A stretch of DNA of 36,316 nucleotides. It comes from Polyangiales bacterium. GTDB taxonomy: Bacteria > Myxococcota_A > Polyangia > Polyangiales > Houyiibacteriaceae. The position numbers and the translations under genes were made by a program. The notes beneath the pieces were generated by a model that was given only the letters and a program-made list of their open reading frames with translations, ran no database searches and had not been told where the DNA came from. The DNA is taken from assembly GCA_045106895.1 (NCBI GenBank), contig JBGCFM010000269.1, forward strand, positions 1-36,316, written 5' to 3'. This document shows, piece after piece, positions 8,187 through 16,643 of the stretch. Position 1 is the stretch's first letter. Each line of letters opens with the position of its first letter.

Positions 8187-10096
8187 GAGTCTGCTTTCGC
8201 TGTCGCGTCGCTGCTTTCATCAACGGCGCCTTCATCAACGGCGCCTTCCGATGCACGGCTCTCGGCCTCGTGAGTCACGTAGGTCTCCGCTTGGAGGTTC
8301 CACATACGCGCGAAGAGGCCATCTTGCGCCATCAACTCTGCGTGTGTCCCGTCTTCCACGATGCGCCCGGCGTCGAGGACGATGATTCGATCCGCCATCT
8401 TCACGGTGCTGAATCGATGCGTGATGAGAACCGCCGTTGCGTCTTTCTTGAGCTCGCTGAAGCGCTCGAAGATTTGATGCTCGCCTTCGGCGTCGATGGA
8501 GGCGGTGGGCTCGTCGAGGATCAGCACTTGGCTCTTGCGCATGAATGCCCGGGCGAGGGCCATGCGCTGCCACTGGCCGATGCTGAGCTGTTCGCCGCCA
8601 AACCAGCGGCCGAGCGTCGTGTCGTAGCCTTCTGGCAGCGCGTCGATGATCGCGTCGGCGCCCGCGCTCTCGGCGGCGGCTTTGACGGCTTCGCGATCTG
8701 CCATCATCGGAAGCCAGCCGAGGCCGACGTTGTCCGCGGCGCTGAAGTGATAGTGGACGAAGTCCTGAAAGAGGACGCCGATGCGGCAGCGCAGCTCGCC
8801 ACGGTCCAGCGTTGAGATGTCTTCGTCGCCAAGGAGGATCTTGCCTTCGTCGAGGGCGTAGAGACCCGAGAGCAGCTTGACGAGGGTGGTCTTGCCGGCG
8901 CCGTTGGGGCCAACGAGGGCGATGGTCTGCCCGGGCTCGATGGTGAGCTGGATGTCGATGAGGGCAGGGCGCTCAGAACCGGGGTAATGAAAGCTGACGT
9001 TGTCGAAGTGGATCGCGGGTCCCCCGCTCGGGAGCTCTTTGATGTCGGCTGGATCCACTTCCGCGATATCGTCGTCGGGGATGCCGAGATACTCGAAGAG
9101 GTTGTTGATGTAGAGGTTGTCTTCGTAGGCGCGCGCGATGCTGCTCATGGCGCTCTCGAACGCGCCTTGTCCCTGGCGAAACACCGTGAGGTAGAGTGTC
9201 ATCGAGCCCAACGTGATGGCGCCGATCACGGTCTGGGACACGATGACGATGTAGATCCCGTAGAACACGCCCATGCTCGCGATTCCAAGGAGCGTGACGG
9301 CGAGACCCCGCTTGAAAGCGAAGCTCCGGTCCTCGGCGTAGAACTTCTCATGGAAAGCGCGATGCCTGCCGAGGAGCATCTTGCCGAGGGCGAAGAGCTT
9401 GACCTCTTTGACGTAGTAGTCGCTCGTCAGGAGCTGCGAGAGGTAGTGCTGGTGGCGTTCGTCGGCGGTGCGGGCGGCGTGAATCTTGTATTCCTCCGCG
9501 GCGAAGCGTGCCTCCGCCAAAAACGGCAGACCCGCGAGGGCGAGGGCGACGACGGCCCATCCACTGAACTGCATCAGGAGCAGGCTGTACCCAATGAGCG
9601 TCAGCAGGTTTCGGCCGAGGGAGAGACCATGCGTGATCATCTCCAGCGGGCGCCAGCTCGACTCTTTTCGTGCGCGCTCCAGCGTGTCCATGAACTCGGG
9701 GTCTTCGAAGTGATGCACGGAAAGGCGAAGCGCTTTTTCGAAGATGATGGAGTCGACGTGAAGCGCGAGGCGCGCCCGTAGAAGCTGGGCCGTGTACCCG
9801 ATGTACTGGCCGCTGATGTGCGCCGAGAGCATGAGGGCCAGCTCGACGGCCACCCACTGGAGCGTCTCTGTGGGTGAGTGCGCCGGCGCCTCGATGGCGT
9901 CGACGACGGCGTCGACGATCTCTTTGCCAACCCACGCGATAAAGACCGGCAGGAGCGCGTTGACGATGGACGCCAACACGTAGCGAGTCGTCAGGCCGCG
10001 CTCCACCTTGAACGCCAAACCAATGGAGCGCCGCACGTTTTGCGTGAGCAGCGCGATCTGCCGCAAGATGCGTTTGGGTGGCTGGGCTTCCGGCAC
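8183..10096 (-). CDS. ABC exporter, fused permease + ATP-binding domain (MsbA/HlyB-type)
   Basis: N-terminal TM helices; Walker A GPNGAGKTT, signature LSIGQWQR, Walker B LILDEPT, H-loop ITHR. Confidence 0.93.
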   Translation of the reverse strand: MPEAQPPKRILRQIALLTQNVRRSIGLAFKVERGLTTRYVLASIVNALLPVFIAWVGKEIVDAVVDAIEAPAHSPTETLQWVAVELALMLSAHISGQYIGYTAQLLRARLALHVDSIIFEKALRLSVHHFEDPEFMDTLERARKESSWRPLEMITHGLSLGRNLLTLIGYSLLLMQFSGWAVVALALAGLPFLAEARFAAEEYKIHAARTADERHQHYLSQLLTSDYYVKEVKLFALGKMLLGRHRAFHEKFYAEDRSFAFKRGLAVTLLGIASMGVFYGIYIVIVSQTVIGAITLGSMTLYLTVFRQGQGAFESAMSSIARAYEDNLYINNLFEYLGIPDDDIAEVDPADIKELPSGGPAIHFDNVSFHYPGSERPALIDIQLTIEPGQTIALVGPNGAGKTTLVKLLSGLYALDEGKILLGDEDISTLDRGELRCRIGVLFQDFVHYHFSAADNVGLGWLPMMADREAVKAAAESAGADAIIDALPEGYDTTLGRWFGGEQLSIGQWQRMALARAFMRKSQVLILDEPTASIDAEGEHQIFERFSELKKDATAVLITHRFSTVKMADRIIVLDAGRIVEDGTHAELMAQDGLFARMWNLQAETYVTHEAESRASEGAVDEGAVDESSDATAKADS

Positions 10097-10168
10097 GTGG
10101 GTGTCTACCGCGTGCGCTCGCTTTGTTCCAAGCGTTCTTCGCGGATGCCGTCGATTCGGGCGCCGATT

Positions 10169-12394
10169 CTAGCTGCGGGCGAGTCGTCGGCGAAGCCCGT
10201 GGGCGCCGACAAAGAGCAAGGTGAGGAACATCGTCCAGTACAGAATTTGGCGCCAGCGTACGCCGTCGACGGGCCAAAACTGCATGACGACCCGGTGAGT
10301 TCCTTCGGAGACCGGAATGGCCCGGACCAGCGCGTTCACGCGGTAGATAGGCACGGGTGTGCCGTCAACGGTCGCGACCCATCCGGGGTACCAAGCTTCG
10401 TTGATGACGAGGAGCCCGTCGCCGGAAACATCCGCTTCGAAGGCGAGGGCGTCGCGCTCGTAGTGGAGAGCGCGGACCTCGGCGTGGCTTCCTTCGGCGC
10501 CGTGGCTGGTGAACGCGGGCGAGTCCGCGGGGTCGACGGCGCCGTCGAGGAGCGCGACGCGAGCCGGGGCGAGCTGCTGCAATGCACGCAGAGCGGCAGG
10601 GCGGTCTTCGAGATGGCGAACCTCTGCGCCCGGGACAAAAAAGACCAGCGGGAGAGCGTCCAGAAGCTCGGTCACGCCGGAGCGACGGCGGACCGCACCT
10701 GGGACGTTCGCGAGTTCTTCCGGCGGCGGCAGAAAATGCCGGTCCCATCCATGAATGAAGTGGGGACCTTGGAGTGCGTAGCGAACGTTGAACTGGGCGG
10801 CGAGCTCCGGCGTTTCACGCAGCGAGGCGATCACTCGCTCATAGCTCTTCAGAAGAAGCGGGTCCTGGTAGCCACGAAAGTCTCGGCGCTGATGGCGTGT
10901 TCCAGAGCGGCAGCTGATTCCAAACTCATCCATGTATCTGAAGTGCGCGTCCGTCCCGGGGGCCTCGTCTAGAATCCGCTGGATGTCCGCTCCGACGCCT
11001 GGGTGTTGCCCGCTGCGCATGTGCCGGTCCGCTGGCATCGCTTGGGACACATCAGCGAGGAAGAGCCCGGCAAGCACGAGTCCGAGCCATGGTGAACGTA
11101 GCTGCGCGCGCTGAGCGGCGATGCCTAGGCACGAAAGCGAGAGGAAGAACACCGCCGGCGTCCAGAGCTTCATCGCGGCGAAGCCAACGCCGACGAGCGC
11201 CGCAGCTATAGCCAAGGGTTGAGCGCGTTTGGGGATCGCCCGGCGACTCATCCGCTGAAGACCGAGAGCAGCAAGGAACGCGAAGGCGGGTCCGAGCCAC
11301 GCTTCGTAGCGGTGCGGCAAGCGAAAGAGAGAGACGCCAGGGATCCAGTCGAAGGCCGCACGAAAGAGCGGGCCTTCTCCGCCGAGGGTCAGAAGCACTG
11401 CGCTGGCGGCGACACCCCAGAGTGCCGCGGCGACCCTCCGCTCCTTGTGCGAGCGAAGGAGGGTGAAGGCGGAGAGGAGGATCACCACCCACCCGACGTA
11501 GAGGTGGTTGCCGGGCATCGGCCAAAGCGTCGCCACCAGACCTGCGGGCTCGATGGCGCCGGACGCGATGGACTCGAAGCTGCGGCCCTGCTGCACGGAG
11601 TGTTCTGCCAACGTGAGCCCAGGGATGAGCACGACGCCGATGAGTCCGATGCCGAGAGCGCCGGCGCATGCGCACGCGCGGAGTACGCCGGGCCAGATCT
11701 TTCGCCCATGCCTTCGATGTTCGGCCGCCAGGCGCGCCATGGCGTATAGAAACGTAAAGCTGCTCGCAAGCCAGAGCGCCGGCGGCGACCCAACCCACGC
11801 GCACAGCGCCGCGGAGAGCGCGAGGAGCGCTCCATCGAAGGCTCGTCGCTCCACCATGGCGCGCTCCGCAGACCAGAGCATGAGCGGCATCCAAGCGAGC
11901 GCCATGGTCAGGTTGAGCTCCCAGTTGTGGCGCATGAAGGGCGCGGCCATCACAAGCGCGGCTCCGACAAGCGCGCCGCTCCACGCGAGTTTGAGTCGCC
12001 TTAGCCAAAGCAGCGTGAAAACGCCGCTCAGGAAGAACATGAGCGGCACGCGAGCGTGGGCCCAGGCGGGGCTTGGACTCGGTCCGGCGGCGAGGCAGAT
12101 GCCCCAGTTGAGCGGGTGATACATGCCCGCCTGCGGGTCCGCGTAGTAGGGGTAGCCGGCTCGGTCGTAGGGATTCCAGAACGGCACCACGCCGTCGTGG
12201 AGGGAGTCGCAGAGGTAGACGAGATCTGGCCAGTATTGCTCTGGAACGTCCCACTCGAAGAATACCGGCGCGCCGCTGAGCAGTCCCCACACCATCGGCG
12301 CAAAGAGAAATACCGTCGCGCCGGCGACGCACAGCAAAGCGAACGCCCAGGCAAGGCGCTCGCGTTTTGCATCAGCTCTTGCGGGCGCGTTCAC
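10169..12394 (-). CDS. YfhO-family multi-pass membrane protein (GT-C-type glycosyltransferase)
   Basis: PFWNPYDRAGYPYYADPQ near the N-terminus, many TM segments, FRLPHRY, C-terminal LVINEAWYPGWVATVDG...NALVRAIPVSEGTHRV. Confidence 0.85.
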   Translation of the reverse strand: MNAPARADAKRERLAWAFALLCVAGATVFLFAPMVWGLLSGAPVFFEWDVPEQYWPDLVYLCDSLHDGVVPFWNPYDRAGYPYYADPQAGMYHPLNWGICLAAGPSPSPAWAHARVPLMFFLSGVFTLLWLRRLKLAWSGALVGAALVMAAPFMRHNWELNLTMALAWMPLMLWSAERAMVERRAFDGALLALSAALCAWVGSPPALWLASSFTFLYAMARLAAEHRRHGRKIWPGVLRACACAGALGIGLIGVVLIPGLTLAEHSVQQGRSFESIASGAIEPAGLVATLWPMPGNHLYVGWVVILLSAFTLLRSHKERRVAAALWGVAASAVLLTLGGEGPLFRAAFDWIPGVSLFRLPHRYEAWLGPAFAFLAALGLQRMSRRAIPKRAQPLAIAAALVGVGFAAMKLWTPAVFFLSLSCLGIAAQRAQLRSPWLGLVLAGLFLADVSQAMPADRHMRSGQHPGVGADIQRILDEAPGTDAHFRYMDEFGISCRSGTRHQRRDFRGYQDPLLLKSYERVIASLRETPELAAQFNVRYALQGPHFIHGWDRHFLPPPEELANVPGAVRRRSGVTELLDALPLVFFVPGAEVRHLEDRPAALRALQQLAPARVALLDGAVDPADSPAFTSHGAEGSHAEVRALHYERDALAFEADVSGDGLLVINEAWYPGWVATVDGTPVPIYRVNALVRAIPVSEGTHRVVMQFWPVDGVRWRQILYWTMFLTLLFVGAHGLRRRLARS

Positions 12395-12403
12395 CGGCCA
12401 CGG

Positions 12404-13366
12404 CTACTTCGTCATGTAGGCGTCGATGGTTTCAAACCACTGCCGGCGCCAACGCTCTTCGTGGAAGTCTTTGAGCGCCATCTCGCGGCTGGCCTTGCCC
12501 ATCTTCGCCGCGAGGTCGTCGTCGCTGAGGAGCATCTGGCAGTACTCCCGGATTTCTGCGGCGGTGTCGCCGACGAAGCCATTCACGCCGTGCACCACGT
12601 AACGTTCGATGTTCGGGATGCGGAAGCTAACCAAAGGGAGACCCGTCATCATCGCTTCGACGAGGGTGATCGTGTACTCCTGCTCCCCATCGTGGAGGTA
12701 GAGTCGGGCGCGCTGAAGCGCCTTCTGCAGGTCCGCGTACTCGTACACCTCTTGGTTCGGGTCGAGGTGGTCGATGTGAAGCGTCGGCAGGCCCTGCATC
12801 GCCTCTTCGTAGAGGTGGTAGCTCCAGCCGCGGTCTTTGTAGCTGTGAATGATGGAGAGAATCGTTCCGTCTTCGCCGGTTCCTACGGGGTAGGCCTCGG
12901 GGTCGAGGCCAAGGGGGATGTACGGAATCTCCACGCCCTTTTTCTCGCGCACCCACTCGACGGTGTTGATATAAAAGCTCGCGACGGTGAAGTCATCGCG
13001 ACCGAGGAGCTCGTCCCATTCCTGCTCGGTGAGCTCTTGCACTTTGGAGACGCGGTAGAGCTTCTTGATGTCGCGTCGCTCGCTGAAGAGCTTGAGCTGC
13101 CAGTTGAACATGACCCAGGCAAGGTCGTAGCCGTCCGGGAAGTTGGTTTTGGGGTCGTCGAGGAGACGCGCGTAGTCCGCTGGACCGAAGTCCAGGTGCG
13201 CGTCTTCGAACTCCGGAAGAACGTTGATGACGTTCTCCGGTTGAGGTCGCCAGTAGTGAAACTGAGCCCAGTTGCCGAGAAAGTACGTCGGGAGTCCGAC
13301 GCGGCAAAAGTGGTACTGAACCCCAGGGTGCGTGGGGACGATGAGTGTCTTCCAGTCGGTTCGCAT
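12404..13366 (-). CDS. GT-B glycosyltransferase (GT4-like)
   Basis: C-terminal GT4 signature EYTITLVEAMMTGLPLVS...VVHGVNGF...MGKASREMA. Start set at ATG 13366 (MRTDWK) to avoid overlap with the upstream gene. Confidence 0.82.
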   Translation of the reverse strand: MRTDWKTLIVPTHPGVQYHFCRVGLPTYFLGNWAQFHYWRPQPENVINVLPEFEDAHLDFGPADYARLLDDPKTNFPDGYDLAWVMFNWQLKLFSERRDIKKLYRVSKVQELTEQEWDELLGRDDFTVASFYINTVEWVREKKGVEIPYIPLGLDPEAYPVGTGEDGTILSIIHSYKDRGWSYHLYEEAMQGLPTLHIDHLDPNQEVYEYADLQKALQRARLYLHDGEQEYTITLVEAMMTGLPLVSFRIPNIERYVVHGVNGFVGDTAAEIREYCQMLLSDDDLAAKMGKASREMALKDFHEERWRRQWFETIDAYMTK

Positions 13367-13394
13367 GTCTGTTCTTTCAGGGGGAAATCGCACG

Positions 13395-14771
13395 CTACGC
13401 GCTGGGCGGTGCGGAGCTGCCGAGGACAACGAGGGGCGCGAGCTTTTGGCGCTCTTCATCGCTGAGCTTGCGACTCAGCTCGCCGGCGGCGTCCAGCACT
13501 GGAACGTCCGGGCAAAGCGCGACGAGGGCCGCGCGGTCTTCTGGGCTGGGGTGGCCCACGACGACGACATCGGCGCCGGCGACAGCATGCGCCACGCTCG
13601 GGGCCGTCGTGGCGCGCGGGTCGCCCAGTGCCTCTTCGAAGGCGCGGAGACCCAAAGGAGCGTTCGCTTCGTCGAGGACCATGCTGTCTGCCACGGTGAC
13701 GTGAATACCGCGGTCGAGGAGGTCGCGAATGAGCTGCACCGGTGCGGAGTTGCGGAGATCCGGCGCGCCAGGCTTGAAACCGACGCCAACGATGGCGGCC
13801 TGTTTGGGCTCGTGGACGAGGACGGCCTGAACGATGTGTTCAAGGTGCGCGCGGTTGGACGAGAGGATCGATGAGAGCACAGGCGCGTCGGCACCGCGGC
13901 GTGCCGCATGCGAGGAGAGCGACGCGACATCTTTTACGAGGCATGCGCCGCCAAAGGGCATGCCGGGACGAAGGTAAGCGCTCGACGTGTTCAGGCGCTT
14001 GTCGCGGCAGAGAAGCTCCATCACAGCGAAGGGGTCGACGCCCGCGGGGCCAGCGATACGCGCGACCTCATTGGCGAAGGAAACCTTCAGTGCATGCCAC
14101 GTGTTGTTGACGAGCTTGAGCATCTCCGACGTTGCGGGGTCTGTCTGGACCAAGCGGTCCTTCTTGTCCGCGTGCATCGCCTCGATGAAACGAGTCGCAG
14201 CGTCGTGCTCCGTGGCGAAGACGATGAGCTCGGGGCTTTCAAAGTCCGCGACGGCGCTTCCTTCGCGTAGAAACTCAGGGTTCAGTGCGAGGGTGATACG
14301 TGTCCCCGCGTCTTCGCCGACGGCGCGCCGAATGCGCTCCATAGCGCGCTCGTAGTGGCCTGCTCCGACGGTGCTGCGAATCACGATGACGTGAGCCTGG
14401 TCTTTGGGGACGGCACGCGCGATCTCTTCACACACGTCGAGGACGCCGCTTTCGACGAGGAGCCCATCCTCCCCGAGGGGGGTGCCGACGCACACCAACG
14501 ACGCTATGCATTCTGGGATGGCGGAGCGAAGATCAGTGGTACAGCGAAGCGTGCCCAGCTTGAAGGCGCGGGCCAGCCGTTCATCGACCCCTGGCTCAGC
14601 GATGGGGGTTGTCCCCTGGCTCAGCAGCTCGACGACCTCGCTTGAGATGTCCACGCCGATGATGTTTTGGCCCCGGGCGGCGAGCGATGCACCTACCACG
14701 CTACCGACGTACCCGAGGCCAACGACGCAAACCGTGTCACTGCTTGAAAGAACGCTCGTTGGGGCCGTCAC
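13395..14771 (-). CDS. Nucleotide-sugar 6-dehydrogenase, GDP-mannose dehydrogenase (AlgD)-like
   Basis: VVGLGYVG, CVGTP, IRSTV, NPEFLREGSAV, WHALKVSFANE, catalytic PGMPFGGACLVKD. Confidence 0.88.
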   Translation of the reverse strand: MTAPTSVLSSSDTVCVVGLGYVGSVVGASLAARGQNIIGVDISSEVVELLSQGTTPIAEPGVDERLARAFKLGTLRCTTDLRSAIPECIASLVCVGTPLGEDGLLVESGVLDVCEEIARAVPKDQAHVIVIRSTVGAGHYERAMERIRRAVGEDAGTRITLALNPEFLREGSAVADFESPELIVFATEHDAATRFIEAMHADKKDRLVQTDPATSEMLKLVNNTWHALKVSFANEVARIAGPAGVDPFAVMELLCRDKRLNTSSAYLRPGMPFGGACLVKDVASLSSHAARRGADAPVLSSILSSNRAHLEHIVQAVLVHEPKQAAIVGVGFKPGAPDLRNSAPVQLIRDLLDRGIHVTVADSMVLDEANAPLGLRAFEEALGDPRATTAPSVAHAVAGADVVVVGHPSPEDRAALVALCPDVPVLDAAGELSRKLSDEERQKLAPLVVLGSSAPPSA

Positions 14772-14778
14772 GGCGCAA

Positions 14779-14808
14779 ACTCTAGGGGGGCGACGCCGGC
14801 CGGGTCAA
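14779..14808 (-). promoter_or_regulatory. Putative sigma70-type promoter of the glyco/radical SAM operon (leaderless geometry)
   Basis: Minus strand reads TTGACC-N18-TAGAGT-N7-GTG(14771), with no SD. Confidence 0.6.
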
Positions 14809-14819
14809 GGGAGCGGGCC

Positions 14820-15710
14820 GTGAACAGCTGGTTGAACTACGCCTACTTCTACCCTGCCTCGCTTCTCGTGATTTCTGTCTTCGTGGGCGGCCTGGAGCGG
14901 CTGTTTCCGCGACGCCCGAGTCAGCCTGCAATCCGCCGCGCCCTTGGCTGGGACCTGCTCCACCTCGTGTTCAACGCTCACTTCCTCGGTGTGCTGGTGT
15001 ACGGCATCGCCACCAAGTGGCTCCTTCCGCCCCTCGACGCATGGGTGGCCAGCGTCGGTGCGACGGACATCCTCTACGCAAACGTCGCCTCGTCGTGGCC
15101 CCTTGCCCTTCAGATAGTCGTCGCGCTTTTTGCCATCGATTTCGTTCAATGGGGCATCCACAACGCTCTTCATCGCGTTCCTTGGCTCTGGCCCTTTCAC
15201 CGATGCCATCACTCCGTCGAGGACGGCGAAATGGACTGGGTCGTCGCGTTTCGTTTTCAGTGGACGGAAGTCGTGGTCTACAAGTTGGTGCTCTTCGTAC
15301 CCCTCGCTTGGATGGGCTTCGGTATCGAAGCCATCATGTTCCATGCCCTATTCGGCACCCTCATCGGGCATCTCAACCACGCCAATCTGAACATCACGTG
15401 GGGGCCGTTTCGCTACCTACTCAATAGCCCGCACATGCACCTGTGGCATCACGACTACGAGGGAGACGCGAAGAGCACGAAGAACTTCGGCATCATCTTC
15501 AGCTCTTGGGATTGGCTCTTCGGGACCGCGTTCATGCCGGAGCACGTGCCGCCGCGCTTGGGCTTTCCCGGCGCGGAGGACTACCCACGCAGCTTTCTCG
15601 CTGCGGAAGTCTGGCCGCTTGGGCGCCTCGGACCCGCGCGCTACCGCCGGCTAAGCGCGAGCGTCATCGCCCTGGGTATTCTGGGCCTGGCGTGGTGGGC
15701 TCATGCCTGA
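14820..15710 (+). CDS. Sterol desaturase / fatty acid hydroxylase superfamily protein
   Basis: His boxes HNALHR, HRCHHS, HLNHAN, HMHLWHH; KNFG...WDWLFGT; TM segments; SD-like AGGGAG. Confidence 0.9.
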   Translation: MNSWLNYAYFYPASLLVISVFVGGLERLFPRRPSQPAIRRALGWDLLHLVFNAHFLGVLVYGIATKWLLPPLDAWVASVGATDILYANVASSWPLALQIVVALFAIDFVQWGIHNALHRVPWLWPFHRCHHSVEDGEMDWVVAFRFQWTEVVVYKLVLFVPLAWMGFGIEAIMFHALFGTLIGHLNHANLNITWGPFRYLLNSPHMHLWHHDYEGDAKSTKNFGIIFSSWDWLFGTAFMPEHVPPRLGFPGAEDYPRSFLAAEVWPLGRLGPARYRRLSASVIALGILGLAWWAHA

Positions 15711-15755
15711 GAGAACAGCCTCGACATAGGCGCTCATCTGCGGAAGTGTCGCATC

Positions 15756-16556
15756 ATGAGCGACGGCGAACTCCCCAGTTTTGAGACACTCAGCGTTGAG
15801 CAACGAAACCACGTGTTTCTCATCGGGCTCCGCCGCGAGAAGAAGCGCAACGCGTTCAACCTCACGATGCTCCGCGAGTTGGCCGAGGCCTACACCTACT
15901 TCGAGTCCAGCGACGCCGCGCGTTGCGCGCTGCTCTTTGCCCATGGCGACCATTTTACCGCGGGCCTCGACCTCGCTGAAGTTGGCCCCGCCGTGCGAGC
16001 TGCGAAGCCTCTCTTTCCCGAAGACAACATCGACCCCCTGGACCTCTTTGGTGAGGCGCGCACGAAACCCGTGGTGTGTGCCGTCCAGGGCTACTGCTTC
16101 ACCATCGGTATCGAGCTGCTCCTGGCCTGTGATGTCGCCCTCGCCGCCGAAGGCACCCGGTTCCGTCAGATGGAAGTGAACCGCGGCATCATGCCTTTCG
16201 GGGGCGCCACGATTCGTTTTCCCCAGGTCGCCGGTTTCAGCAACGCGATGCGCTACTTGCTCACGGGGGACGAGTTCGGTGCGAACGACGCGCTGCGCAT
16301 GGGCATCGTTCAGGAAGCTTGCGACGCGTCGGAGCTACAAGCGCGGGCCTTCGCCATCGCGGAGCAGATCGGCCGCTGTGCGCCTCTCGCCGTGCGGGCG
16401 ACGAGGGCCGCTGCCAAGAAGGCGATTCAAGGCGGGGAAGCCGCGGCACTGACCACGCTCATGGCGGAGGCCCGTGGCTTGATGGAGACGGAGGACGCCG
16501 CCGAAGGCGTTCGATCCTTCATGGAACGCCGCGAAGCGGAGTTTCAAGGCAAATAG
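15756..16556 (+). CDS. Crotonase/enoyl-CoA hydratase family protein
   Basis: KRNAFN, HFTAGLDL, KPVVCAVQGYC, EVNRGIMPFGGA, EDAAEGVRSFMERREAEFQGK. Confidence 0.92.
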   Translation: MSDGELPSFETLSVEQRNHVFLIGLRREKKRNAFNLTMLRELAEAYTYFESSDAARCALLFAHGDHFTAGLDLAEVGPAVRAAKPLFPEDNIDPLDLFGEARTKPVVCAVQGYCFTIGIELLLACDVALAAEGTRFRQMEVNRGIMPFGGATIRFPQVAGFSNAMRYLLTGDEFGANDALRMGIVQEACDASELQARAFAIAEQIGRCAPLAVRATRAAAKKAIQGGEAAALTTLMAEARGLMETEDAAEGVRSFMERREAEFQGK

Positions 16557-16643
16557 CGCGAAGCACCGAGCGAGAGGCACGCTCAGAAGCTGGTTTTCTC
16601 CGTAAAGTTGACCCTTTGTTGCCGTCGCGCGACGTTCGTTGCG

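Noticed and set aside
8216..8248. 15-bp tandem duplication TTCATCAACGGCGCC (EGAVD x2) at the ABC gene 3' end
   Set aside because: Real, but only two copies in a disordered tail; no evidence of function.
9878..13465. Long alternative ORFs 9878-10972, 11052-12332 and 12056-13465
   Set aside because: They overlap the YfhO and GT4 genes on the opposite strand or frame and have Arg/Pro-rich or shadow composition.
1038..14771. RiPP cluster interpretation (two SPASM rSAMs + ABC exporter + methyltransferase)
   Set aside because: No short precursor ORF fits in the tiny intergenic gaps, no PqqD/RRE or peptidase domain is visible, and the other genes are all carbohydrate-active. A distant precursor cannot be excluded.
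13395..14771. Alginate biosynthesis locus
   Set aside because: Only the dehydrogenase resembles AlgD; no polymerase, epimerase, lyase or export genes of the alg operon.
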